DNA of 64,000 bases from Podarcis filfolensis (taxonomy: Eukaryota): NCBI GenBank assembly GCA_964270895.1, contig OZ185443.1; one strand, 5' to 3'. The position numbers were made by a program, and so were the translations under genes. Each line of letters begins with the position of its first letter. Position 1 is the first letter of the stretch. This document shows, piece by piece, positions 1-11,574 of the stretch. Under the pieces are notes generated by a model, which was given only the letters and a program-made list of their open reading frames with translations, had not been told where the DNA came from and searched no databases.

Positions 1-825
1 TAAATGGAATTAAAGCTAAAAAAACAAAGTAATAAAGAATCCAGTAGCAATGTAGGTTTTATGTCAGCTATTTCCATAGAACTGAAGAAAAACATGTGTC
101 TTGATCTGATACCTAAAGACAGCTAATGAAGGGGACAGCTGTAGCTCCATGAGGAGGCAATTTCACATCCAGGGTGTCACCACTGAAGAGGCCCTGGTAC
201 TTACACAATGGACTGCAGCTATACATGGAACTATGAAGAGGTCATTTCCTACATAACTTAAGGCATGGGCTGGTTGGTAATAAAGGAAATGATCCTTTAA
301 GTACTTGGGGCCCAAGTTGTATAGAGCTGTATAGACCAAAGTCAGTTCTTTAAATTGGGTGTAGTAGCTAACAGGCAGCAGATCTTTAAACGGTAGGTAT
401 CACTTGAACTTGCTTCATGGTGCTGGTCAACAACCTGGCAGCTGTGTTCTGGATAAGCTACAGTTTCTGGACCATGCTCAAGGGCAATCCAGTGTTGGAC
501 AGCAGGCCAGCCTGTTAGCTAGGGAGCTGAGCTTTCTCATGTTGCTGGTCCCCCCACTCACCAGTAAGGGCTCTTCCGCCACCCCTTTGCTTGTTGTGAA
601 GGGGGTTCCTGGCAGGGATCAGATATGAAATTTATTTATTTTATTGAGGGAAATAATATTTTGAACCCTCCCACTCCCAGTCCAACCATTAGATCCACCC
701 CTAATAATTAAATAAGCTTAGTTTCTATTTCATAGCATTCTAGTGCAATGTGTGAAACACCATTTCTATATTTCCAAATAAATACACCTTCTGTGAAGAG
801 ATCCCCATTCCTGTGAATCTGCATA

Positions 826-1000
826 AGGCAAATGGTCATAGCTCAATGGTAGAGCACAAGCTTTGCACACCCAAACTCCCAAGTTAAATCCACAGCATCT
901 CTGGATACGGCTAGAAAAAACTGCTGTGCAAAACTCTGGAGAATCACTACCAGTCAGTGTTGACAACACAGAGCTAGATGAAGCAGTGATCTGACAGTAT
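826..1000 (+). mobile_element. tRNA-derived squamate SINE (Squam2-like), diverged
   Basis: TAGCTCAATGGTAGAGCA A-box head followed by CCAGTCAGTGTTGACAACACAGAGCTAGATG body. Confidence 0.7.
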
Positions 1001-1004
1001 CTAT

Positions 1005-1345
1005 ATCCTAGGTGTGCAAACATGATATGAAGGCTGGCAACATCAACCCCACCATGTGGGAATCCCAGACAACTGCAGTGCTTGGAGACGGACAGTCAAG
1101 TCATGTATCCATAGCAGTGACCAGAGGAGGAATGACTGCCGGAAGAAGCACAGAGAGAAGAAATGCCATGGTGCATCTGCAGAAGCACAACTGGACACCT
1201 TCATCTGCCCCAGCTGCAACAAAACACGTTCCTCTCATATTGGTCTCTACAGCCACAGCAGGCACTGTAATTGTCCAACAGCTTGACCTCACTTCCAAAG
1301 GCGCACTCCTCCACTGTCTCCCAAGACAGACAGTTGTCAACAAAA
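1005..1345 (+). mobile_element. RTE-clade LINE 3' fragment
   Basis: Translation SAWRRTV...FICPSCNKTRSSHIGLYSHSRHC is the RTE C-terminal C2H2 motif. Confidence 0.8.
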
Positions 1346-1699
1346 GTATATCCTGTGTAACTATGGACAAATTTCCACCCTCTTGAATATACAGAATGAA
1401 ATCCTATAGAAGATAGTGATTCCAAATTATTTTTCTATTAGTTGATGCAAATATCTTATACACACATGTACTGTGATCCAAAGACTCTCAATATTCCTCC
1501 TGGAAGCAGCAACCTATGCAGTGGGAGCCAATCTGCCTACACATCGAATGGCTCATAGCATTCAACCGTGGCAGCTGCTAGTTTTTTGTGCGAGAGATCT
1601 GTCAGTCCAAGAATGGTTGTATCTTGACTTTTGAATGTATTACTAACCGGGCTGAGGGACTCATCTTTGAAATCTCTGTCCTTTATTCGCTGCTTCCTT

Positions 1700-1810
1700 C
1701 TAAAGACATTATCTCCTATATGATTTGCGAAGGAGGAAGTGAGTCACGTCGTGCTCCTGTGGGGAAAAGATCTAGGTTTCCAACGGTTACTGTATTACGA
1801 CCGAATGTAA
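1700..1810. promoter_or_regulatory. Candidate enhancer (ETS + AP-1 + GATA)
   Basis: GAGGAAGT (1733-1740) overlaps TGAGTCA (1740-1746); TTATCT at 1709-1714; about 7 CpGs in about 120 bp. Confidence 0.4.
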
Positions 1811-2345
1811 TTTTGAAATTCTATCTGAATCAGTACATTTATATCCTAGGCTAATAGACTTTGCCAAGAACTTCTCTCATTATATAGGGAAGCTGCATTA
1901 CACAAATTTGATTTAAGGATGAGAAAATCTTCTGGAAGGATGCTTTTTAGGAAGCGTCTAAAATCATTTGTAGTTCTGCAGCCAGGGGATGCATTTATGA
2001 AAGTCTGTATATAATTAAAGATCTTTCAGATGAATGGATCTTTGCATACCTTTCAGAGCACAATGGCTCGTTGCAATAGATCTCAGGAAATTAATAGGTA
2101 ATATGAATTTTGCCTCTTTGCCCATGAGTTGGTGCAGTGCTTACAGAAACACCCTGTCTAAAAGAACATTCTTGCACTCATCCTGTGATTAGTGCTCTTT
2201 CCATTGATGTCTTGTGGTCTAAAGAGCCACAACCTACATACACACTACCCAAGCTTGTGCCCTGAGGAAGTCACTTTATTGCTGCTCACACAGCAGTTTG
2301 ACTTCACCCCTAGAGACATACTCCATCATTGTTTGGTGTCTAGAG

Positions 2346-2481
2346 CAGTGTTTCCCAAACTTGAGTCTTCAGCTATTTTCGGACTACAATTCCCATCATC
2401 CCTGACCACTGGTCATGCTAGCTAGGGATAATGGGAGTTGTAGTCCAAAAAGAGCTGGAGATCCAAGTTTGGGAAACACTG
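2346..2481. mobile_element. hAT MITE
   Basis: TIRs CAGTGTTTCCCAAACTT / AAGTTTGGGAAACACTG; 8-bp flanks GTCTAGAG / GGCTACAG (6/8). Confidence 0.88.
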
Positions 2482-3019
2482 GGCTACAGCATTCAAATCA
2501 ACCTTCCGTGCAAGAACAAAAGGAAAAAGTACACACACTTTTCTGTTGTTCTTTAAAAGGATTGCCACTACAACATCTTCCTAAAATGAGGCGCACCTAC
2601 AGGAATTTTTTGCTTTATTTTCACCTAGGCCTGTGCAGGAGGCAATCCACAAGTATTCAGAGGCATACATGGGTCCCTTGTGCTCTCGGTAAGGAGCTGT
2701 ATTGGAGCCCTTGGCAGGGAACTGCATTGGCATCCCTCCACAAAAAAATCTGAGAAGCAGGCAAGATGGCCTGGGCAGGAGGACTGCTCCTCCTGCTGAG
2801 GTTGCTCTCTTCCTGGAAAACACTCTGGGGACACCTTTCTGCCTCCTCCCTGCAATTTTTTGCTGCTGGAAATCACTGTGGATTCCTTCTTTGGGCAAAG
2901 CAGGTGCTGGAGTGCTGAGCTGGGGGGGGGGGTGCTCCAGGTGTTGTGGGAGCACTCCAACGCCTAATAGGTTTGGTTTTGAGAACATGGATCACTGCTA
3001 TAGAGCATGCTGACTTTCC

Positions 3020-3182
3020 TAGAATCATAGAATTGTAGGGTTGGAATGGACCCCTGCAATGCAGGAATCCCAGCTACATAATCCCTGAACGCTGGCCGTC
3101 CAACCTCTGTTTAAAAACCTCCAGTGAAGGTCCACTGCCTTCTGTAGTAGTCTGTTCCACTGTCAAACAGCTCTTACCATAG
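3020..3182 (-). mobile_element. CR1 LINE 3' end
   Basis: Begins TAGAATCATAGAAT, the reverse complement of the CR1 (ATTCTRTG)n tail, followed by CR1 3' sequence. Confidence 0.78.
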
Positions 3183-3464
3183 AAAAAGCTGTAGAAAAGC
3201 AGCAAAGGGGAAGAGGTTCCAGATTCTTCCCCTGTCCACTGTTTTCATTTAGTCCTTTCTTCTTCATAGTAGCTTCCCCTGTCCCGCAGTTTCCAAAGTG
3301 TTTTCCCTTATCACAGGAGGTTGCTAGGAGGAAATGGCAGATGGGGAAGGATTGAGCATTCCTCTCACCTACCATTTCCCCACTGCAAACCTCCCCCACA
3401 TATTTCTAGTGACCGGGGATCTCGTACCCAGCAGGGCAGATGGGCCAATGGTTACGACCCAGTA

Positions 3465-3706
3465 CAGTGGTACCTCAGGTTAAGTACTTAGTTCGTTCTG
3501 GAGGTCCGTTCTTAACCTGAAACTGTTCTTAACCTGAAGCACCACTTTAGCTAATGGGGCCTCCTGCTGCTGCTGCACCACTGGAGCCCAATTTCTGTTC
3601 TTATCCTGAAGCAAAGTTCTTAACCTGAAGCACTACTTCTGGGTTAGTGGAGTGTGTAACCTGAAGCGTATATAACCTGAAGCATATGTAACCTGAGGTA
3701 CCACTG
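3465..3706 (-). mobile_element. Tc1/mariner (Tigger/pogo-like) MITE, copy 1, nested in a SINE tail
   Basis: CAGTGGTACCTC / GAGGTACCACTG TIRs; TA TSD; splits CAG|TA|TAAGGCAAGTTCCTATGTTCCT. Confidence 0.92.
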
Positions 3707-3821
3707 TATAAGGCAAGTTCCTATGTTCCTTAAAAAAAAAAATGTAAATGAGAACAAGGGACACAATTAAAAATAGGCAAAACAGACTAGATGGCAATTA
3801 AAAAAATTTAAATGCTAGAGT

Positions 3822-3942
3822 ATGCTGGCCACATGACCCGGAAGCTGTACGCCGGCTCCCTCGACCAATAAAGCAAGATGAGCGCCGCAACCCCAGAGTC
3901 GGTCACGACTGGACCTAATGGTCAGGGGTCCCTTTACCTTTA
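3822..3942 (+). mobile_element. Sauria SINE, 5'-truncated
   Basis: Matches 29440-29561; ends GGTCCCTTTACCTTTA. Confidence 0.92.
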
Positions 3943-4296
3943 TGCTCTAAAATTCTATGATTCTATATAGATTTTTAGACCTGGTGCCGGAATAACTGTA
4001 GTGTTGGTGTCAGTCATACCCCTATTGGGGAGGGGAGCAGCCTTTCACATTATCTCCTAAGGGAACAATGATCATACTGTTGAGGAAACTGTTTCTAAAT
4101 AATTCAGATAAACAAGACCACCCCCACCCCCAAAATGGTTTTCTGCAAGGGAAATCATCCATCCATCTGCTTTCTTAGAAAATGACTCTGCATCCGCTGT
4201 AAGCAATTTCATTTTGGGGGTAGAATAACTCCATTTATTTCCCGCCACCCTAAAGTAAAGATAAGAAAGGGAGTGAGAGCCAGACTGCGGCAGTCT

Positions 4297-4311
4297 CCAC
4301 CAGGTGGTGCC
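4297..4311 (+). promoter_or_regulatory. Candidate CTCF site
   Basis: CCACCAGGTGGTGCC is one mismatch from the CTCF core CCACCAGGTGGCGCC, in non-repeat, CpG-retaining sequence. Confidence 0.55.
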
Positions 4312-5323
4312 ACATGCTGGCAGCGTTTGTCTGCTACCATTTTGATGCCCTCCCAAGCCTAGGTGCAGCTTGTTCCCCACTGGGTGGTTGAAAAAAAGAG
4401 AAAATGTTCAACGATCAGCTCCCCCCCCTCCCAAAGAACAAAACAAAAGCAGGTGGAGGAAAATGCGAGCGAATGTCTAGTTGCGCTGTTTTCATCGCAA
4501 TCCCTGCCTGATCGTTCTCAGGGCAGCGAAGCATGTGGAGAAAGCTGTCCCATTTGTATGTCTTTGCTGGAGGTAAGATGCCTTTGCTGGGGAAGCATTG
4601 AGGAAGAGGAAAATAATAAGAGGGGAGATGAATAACAAAAAATAATGGAGCAGTTGCTGCCAGGGGGGAACTCTGCCTATTCTGGGTATTCAGCTAACAG
4701 CAAGAGAGCAGCTCTCTCTTTTTCTCCCAAACAATCCTCTTAGAGAGCGGTCTAATTACAGATTCTGGCCTTGGCCTTGGGAGGTTGGGCCTGAGTTTCT
4801 CTGTGCAAAGTTTCAGTCTGCTACTAGCATGGGGCTAAGCAAAACTGAATAGAAGCAAACTCTAACTGGGATGCAAATATTTGTATACGTTATATTAAGC
4901 TCAATTTGCCTGATTTGCCTGTCTTCAACACCAGCACCTTCCCCTTTGAAATGAGCCAAACAAAACATAAGAGGGAAGAAAATGTTATATAATGATAGGG
5001 TTGAGAAACTCTTCCCTTCAGCAAAAATTCATCCGCCAGTGAACAGCAGCCTAAGAGGAAATCTACACATGCTAAATAAATACATATTCCCAGAAGAACA
5101 GGAAAGCTTTTATGGGCTAGTTCTCTAGGGGCTTGTTTAACCTGAAATGCCTCAGATATATATATATATTTGTAACAAACAAGGAGAAAACTCAAGCTCT
5201 TTTCTTGGTTCTGCAGTCACCTTGGAATAACTGACCGTAGGAAGAATGGGAAGCTGCCTTATTATTTAGTTATTTCCCACCTTCTTCCCTGGCAGGGACT
5301 CAAGGCAGCTTAAAGCTGAGATA

Positions 5324-5657
5324 AAAGGTAAAGGGACCCCTGACCATTAAGTCCAGTCACAGATGGCTCTGGGGTTGCGGTGCTCATCTTGCTTTATTGG
5401 GCAAGGGAGCCAGGGTACAGCTTCCGGGTCATGTGGCCAGGATGACTAATCCACTTCTGGCGAATCAGAGCAGCACATGGAAACGCCGTTTACCTTCCTG
5501 CCAGCGAGGTACCTATTTATCTACTTGCACTTTGACGTGCTTTCGAACTGCTAGGTTGGCAGGAGCTGGGACCGAGCAACAGGAGCTCACCCCATCGCGG
5601 GGATTTGAACCGCCAACCTTCTGATCGGCAAGCCCTAGGCTCTGTAGTTTAGACCAC
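5324..5657 (-). mobile_element. Sauria SINE, near full length
   Basis: Reverse complement of the 29212-29561 family, starting AAAGGTAAAGGGACCCC. Confidence 0.92.
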
Positions 5658-5686
5658 AAAAATAATAATTTAAAAACAATTAAACA

Positions 5687-5915
5687 CCCGGAGGAGGAAT
5701 GACCACAGGAAGGAGCACAGAGAGAAGAAACGCCATGGTGCATCTGCTGCAGCACAAACTGATGCTTTCATCTGCCTCAGCTTCAGCAAAACATGTCTCT
5801 CCCATATTAGTCTCTACAGCCACAGCAGGTGTTATAACCTTCCAAAAGTCTGCATTTGACCTCACCCCAAAGGCACACTCCTCCATTGTTTCCCAAGACA
5901 GATGGGTGCCAACTC
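5687..5915 (+). mobile_element. RTE-clade LINE 3' fragment, second copy
   Basis: Colinear with and highly similar to 1125-1340. Confidence 0.8.
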
Positions 5916-5939
5916 CCAAAGATGATAATGACATATAGA

Positions 5940-6128
5940 TTGTGGAGCTGTTGCAGCAATGGATTAGTCAACAATCTGACCGCAGCTCTTTGAGGTAGCT
6001 GAACTTTCTGAGCACTTTTCAAAGGCAGCCCAATGTAGAGTGTGTTACAGTAATCCAAATGGGATGTAACTAAGGCATGTGTCACTGTGGCCAAATCAGA
6101 CATCTCAAGGATTGTGTGTGGCTGGCAA
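5940..6128 (-). mobile_element. L2-clade LINE fragment
   Basis: Translation HALVTSHLDYCNTLYIGLPLKSAQKVQL is typical of the L2 ORF2 C-terminal region. Confidence 0.82.
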
Positions 6129-8667
6129 ACCATTTTTTTGGTATTTTTTTAATTGAAGTTTTTATCTCTACAAAATAACAGAAAGAAAGAAAGGTTTACA
6201 CATATGTACATGTTTGTGGCTGGCAAACTAGTTTCAACTGTGCAAATGCAGTCCTGGCCACCGCAGAGACCTGGGCATCCATGGTCCAGTATTTTAAATT
6301 ACTTTGTTCTTAGAACCACAGGTCCAGTCTTAGGTTGATGCTACTGAGTTCCTCTTCTAGACAGCTTTTATTACTATAAGATCATTCCAAATTAGAAAAC
6401 GGAGGGTTGGTGCTTTGCTATCTCACACTCAATGACAACTAAAGGTCTGTTTGGGGTCTCTGAAAATCTATGGATCAGTTTAGGAAGGGAGAATGGGAGA
6501 GTCAGAATTTGCTTGTTACAGCTTTCTTGCTGTATCTCCCCACCCAAAGTGTGTATCACAGTATGAACTGTCTGTCCCATATCTTTTCTGCTTCACCCTG
6601 GTAACCAGCACTGACAAATCTATTGCTTACAGAAAAGCAAAATCCTAGGTGCATGGAAGGCTTGATAAGTCTATGCCTGGCACTTTCCTTCCAGAATTCA
6701 GTGGGCACTGAATTTATGGGAAACAGCATAGTTAGTTTGACACAACATTTTCATTTAGTTTACATGAGGGTAGATGATGAATTGATGGGTAAATGATGTG
6801 TTGAAGCAATATTTGCAACCCACATCACACTTTTTGCAGCCTTAAGGTGCCTAGACTGTCACTGCTTTGCAGGAGGGATTCAAGTGCCTACCAGAAATTA
6901 AAGTGGATTAAAGCGCTCTTCTACCCTAGTATAACAAATACACTTTAAGAAAACAACAACAGACTTTTTTTGCTTAGGAAAGTGATAGGGAAATGCACAG
7001 AAAATTGTGGGGTGGAGGAATGATTAACAAGAAGATGCATCAGCACCCCACAAGCAAATATTGATAGATATAGTCTAACTTCTGCACAAGCTCTGTGCAA
7101 GCAAAACTGCTCAATAACCAGGTCATTTGGAGGAGCTCTTAGACTCTAACATGTTATAGAAACAAATTATTTATTTCCAGTCAAAATATTGCAGTTGTTA
7201 ATACTTGAACATTGACAATTAATGTCTTCACAAATAAAGCTTTGCTAGCCTCAGTCATAGTAGTGATGGCAGCTTCCTTTAAATAGAAGTAATAAACTAA
7301 TCAAATATTTTTACCTGCCACCACTGTTTCAGAAAAGCTGGGGGAGCGAACACATCTAACCAGAAAACGCTTTTTTGTCCCTTTCTTTTTCTCCTTAAAA
7401 AAAAGAGAGAGTCATCCTGAACTGCCATTTTGTACCTGGTCCTCTAGCCCCATGTCATGATTGCTGTTATTAACAGTCATTTCAGCTGACTCTCTGTCAA
7501 ACCTGCTGTGAAAGGCAAGCCGAGCTGCCACATGCCTGGCTCTTGCTAGTCACTCCAAAGAACAATATATAGACCATTTTAGAGGCTCTCAGACCTGGCC
7601 TATATTTTCACCCACTCACCCCACCTCCCTCCTTCAGCAATGTCAGCATATATGTGGAAAATCATGACTCAATGCTGGGAGTAAATTGGGGACTGATACC
7701 AGGGTAGGCAAGATGTTCCGAAATTGTTCTTTTCGATCGATACATCTATCAGGAAAGGGTCTCTTGAAGCATCGGTTAATTTCTTTTGTTGTAAGGGATT
7801 TTTTGCAAGCTTAAGTGCTTTAAAAACTAAACCAAAGAGAAAGAAAGCAATGAGTCATCACATTGTCTTTCCAAGGAGATTCCCTGTTACAAGGCAATGC
7901 TGATTGTTTCAACAACCTCTGTGGTTCTTTCAAGGTTGAACTATTGGAAGGAAAAAAGAAGCAGTCAGATGGCTTCTTCTGTGTCTTTTCCCATTACTGA
8001 ACACTGTGAATAATGTGCTGGAAGCAGGTTTTTCATAGGCATGACTGGGCGTCATGGGGGTAGTGCTGTTAATGGGATCATTAGAAGTTTGATACCACAC
8101 TGGATTTCCCCCCTAATAATATTGCTGTGTGCACGCTAGTCTCCAAACCATGAGAGACTTAAGGGATTCCAGACCTTACCCAGGGTTTGGGTTCTTTTTG
8201 AAAAGAAGGCCATTAGAGACAGTGGTATATTTAGGATATATGGTTGTATTCACACATATATACAACCTAAGCATAAGTTGGTAGAAATCATTGTATTAGT
8301 ACTCCAACAAATCTTGTTGCAGGGTGGGTCGTCAAAGTCATAGCTTTTGCCTCAGCACAGAGAGCAAGTTCAGCTTCTGTGTCTAACTTCTAACTCTAGG
8401 CAGGACTAAAAAGGGGGGAGGAACTTAATTCCTGAGGTACTGTCTTCGTATCTACAAGATTTCTTGCCCTCCAACCAGGAAAGGTGAGGTGTGGGAAGCC
8501 TACCAACTCCTGAAAGAGCACCACCATCCAGTTGTTCCCATGGCAACATTGCTAACTCTTTAGTCATGCAGGCAGGAGGCTTAACTGACTTGACTGAGCC
8601 CATTATCTCAACAAAGAGACCAATTTGACCAGTGCAGTGGCTCCTTCTGCTACAAATTCCAGCCATA

Positions 8668-8790
8668 CAGATACAGAATCATAGGCCTGAAGGGGACCCA
8701 CAGACATCATGCAAACCAACCCCTTCAGTCCTATAATGATATATACCGATAGGGATCTCAATTCTTCAAGTGCTTGCACCAAAACAGTAG
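8668..8790 (-). mobile_element. Degraded SINE with CR1-type tail
   Basis: CAGAATCATAGG...GGGACCCACAGACATCAT...AACCCC is the reverse of the CR1-tail SINE body. Confidence 0.55.
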
Positions 8791-9372
8791 AGAAACTGGT
8801 ACCAGCCATGCACAAGAGGGGATGTGGGGAAGACAAATGTTTGGAGAAACACAAACAAGAACGAAAGAAAAAACCTTTGGGAGAGGAAACCCCCCCCCAT
8901 CCAATAAGTGGGCATAAAATGGTGGGTGAATGTTGGTGGCTTAAAAGGAAAACTGCATGGAAAAGGGGGAGTGGAATGACATAGTCTATGAATTCTTCAC
9001 TGCAATATTTTGTTGCAGTCTCTACTTCTGCCTTTTGCATTCTTTGTTGCCCTTTAAATACACAGTAACCTGTTCTAAACTTTGTTGGAGAGAGAGGTTT
9101 GGAAGAGATACTCTCCTGGCAGAGTCACACAATGGCTGACTGCACCAAACACATTTCAAACGTGGTTAGAGTTGACACCTGCCCTCATTCAGTTTTTTTT
9201 AAAAAGTTTCCCACAAAAATACTAAGGCTAGAATAAATGAACAGTCAACTTGTTTTGCAGATAAGTGAAGATTTTACTTATAGGCTGTGTAAATGTCCCA
9301 GATATGCAGTTTACTCACAGGTGGTTTTGTTTATTTGGGAGCTCAATGTGGCTACTGGCTTGATCCAAGAAG

Positions 9373-9374
9373 GT

Positions 9375-9414
<40 letters not shown>
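9373..9414. repeat. (GT)n microsatellite
   Basis: Direct reading. Confidence 0.98.
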
Positions 9415-9416
<2 letters not shown>

Positions 9417-11416
9417 CCACAAACCTTTGGTACACCAAGATTAAATGTAAATAACTAAGGCATCTGTGCAATAAAGAAATTCAGTGAAATCACCTAGATC
9501 TTTTAAGGCTACCATGGAAATGTTATACTACCTGGTTATTTCTATATTGTCTCCATCAGTAAATACATATTTAGCATTTAGTTTTCTTAAAACTACTTTA
9601 ATGAAACAATCATGAGATCCAGCTATGATCTAAGCAAGCTATATGTGTGCATGGTTGACTTAAGAGCATGCGCTGCCACAACTTTATTTGAAAGCCTATT
9701 TCAGCCACAGCTCTGACAGCCAAAGAGGCAAGGCTTTGAAAAAACCGAACAATGGCTTGCTTCTTTAGTAATAACAGGAGATGCTGCAGCGGTGATAACT
9801 TTGTAGAAAGCTGTGTTTGCATATGCAATTTCCCCCTGTGCATTCATAAAATTTATTGGTGTTTCAGCTCCTGTCAGCTACATCTATAGAACACATTCTT
9901 GGCATACCACTGGGACAGATGCCACCACCACCACCACCACCCACCCACAGCAAATTGGGAGCAAGTGCTAAATGCACCATAAGGCCCAATCTATGAGACA
10001 TGGCATCGACACTGCAGCTTCTAAAGTCAGCTCAGCACACCAGTATATAAATACCACAAAATGCTATGTATGGTACAATGGCCCTTTATGTGGCATCCCA
10101 TAGATTGCACTCGCTCACTTAGGAAAGTGGACTGATGGAAGTAACAGATGAAGATCTCTAGTTTGAAAGGCAAGTTAAGCTTTATGCCTGGCAAGTTTAG
10201 CTTCCTTATCAGAAGCAGCAATATGCATGGGCAGCCAGCTTTGAATTTTTATTTTCAGCAGCAACTATGATGTGAGCCTTTTTTCCTGGCATTACAAATT
10301 GCTTTCCATATTTTTGCAACAGGTTAGCAGATGCATGTACTGCTGCAGGATTGGACAAACCCTTAATAATTACTGGCAACTAACATATGAAAAGGCAAGC
10401 AGAAAGTAATTTATTTTATGATTGCTCAGTTTTTGTTATTTACAGGGAAATATTCATAACATCAGCCCTCACCACAGGACCCTCCTAGTCTGACTTTGCT
10501 GAACTGCCCTTATAATGGGGAAGATGAAATGTAAAGATTATACTGCTCAGTATTCGGTATCAGCCATATGGTTCTGAAGAGTAATTTATAAGGCAAATAG
10601 GAAAGAGATAGGCAAGCCATCATACATATAGAAAAGGGTTCTTCTACACTTCACTGGTTCTGCCCTACTTTTAGAGTCGGTAGTGTATCTGTAATGTTAT
10701 TCTCTCCCCAACCTTCAACAGATGGCACCGTTTTCTTCAGTCTTTGTAGCATGGCTAATATGTTCTGGGTTTGAACAGCTCAGACCTCAGGCTATCAGTA
10801 TGTTGGAATCAATTATGCAAAGCCAATTCATTTCAATACAAAGTAGAGAACTGCCTCTTTCATGGCATTGCATAAAAAAAATAAAATCATTACAGTTTTA
10901 TCACCCGTGCCCAAAGTTGCCCTTCTTCTGTTAAATACATTGTCCTCCATTCTAGGATGTATTGCTTCTCTTTGCAGCTTTATCAAATACATGTTGCAGT
11001 TGCGGCATTGATAAATGGAGTGCACTTATAGTATGAAGGTAAGATGCAACGTGACCAGGGGTTAAATTCTATTCTATGCGCTAACAAATTTGGCCAAGAG
11101 CGAATAGTTATATTAAGGGAAGGTAGAAATATTTGCTGCAGGAAAGAATCAGGATAGGTTGACAAGGAGCAGGAAATGTTGCCAAGAGAAAAATTGCAGG
11201 ATTTAGAAGTGCAAATGTACACATTCTAAGACACATTATTGGTTTTAGTGGGATCACATGGTTTGCTTTGTAACTGTTGTCAACAAGCGTGTGGATTTTG
11301 TTCATTATTATTTTTCCTTTTTCTTATTTCTTTTTTTGGAGGGGCAATCTAAGGCATTTGTTAGATCCATTTGACTATAGAATATGTCAAGGTATTCAGA
11401 AATACGCATAACCATA

Positions 11417-11574
11417 TTTATTTTCTTCTATTTATATCCCATCTTTCTTCCATCAAGGAACCCAAGGCAGTATACATGTGTTTCCCAGGTGGTCTCCCAT
11501 CCAAACACTGGCCAGACTCAAACCTGCTTAGCTTTAACAAATATGGTGGTCTCATATGTCTTCAGATCATAGCC
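11417..11574 (-). mobile_element. 5S rRNA-derived SINE (SINE3-type) or tailed 5S pseudogene
   Basis: Minus strand 11482-11534 matches the recalled vertebrate 5S internal control region at 44/53 (Box A AGCTAAGCAGG, Box C TGGATGGGAG), followed by a non-5S LINE-like tail. Confidence 0.82.
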
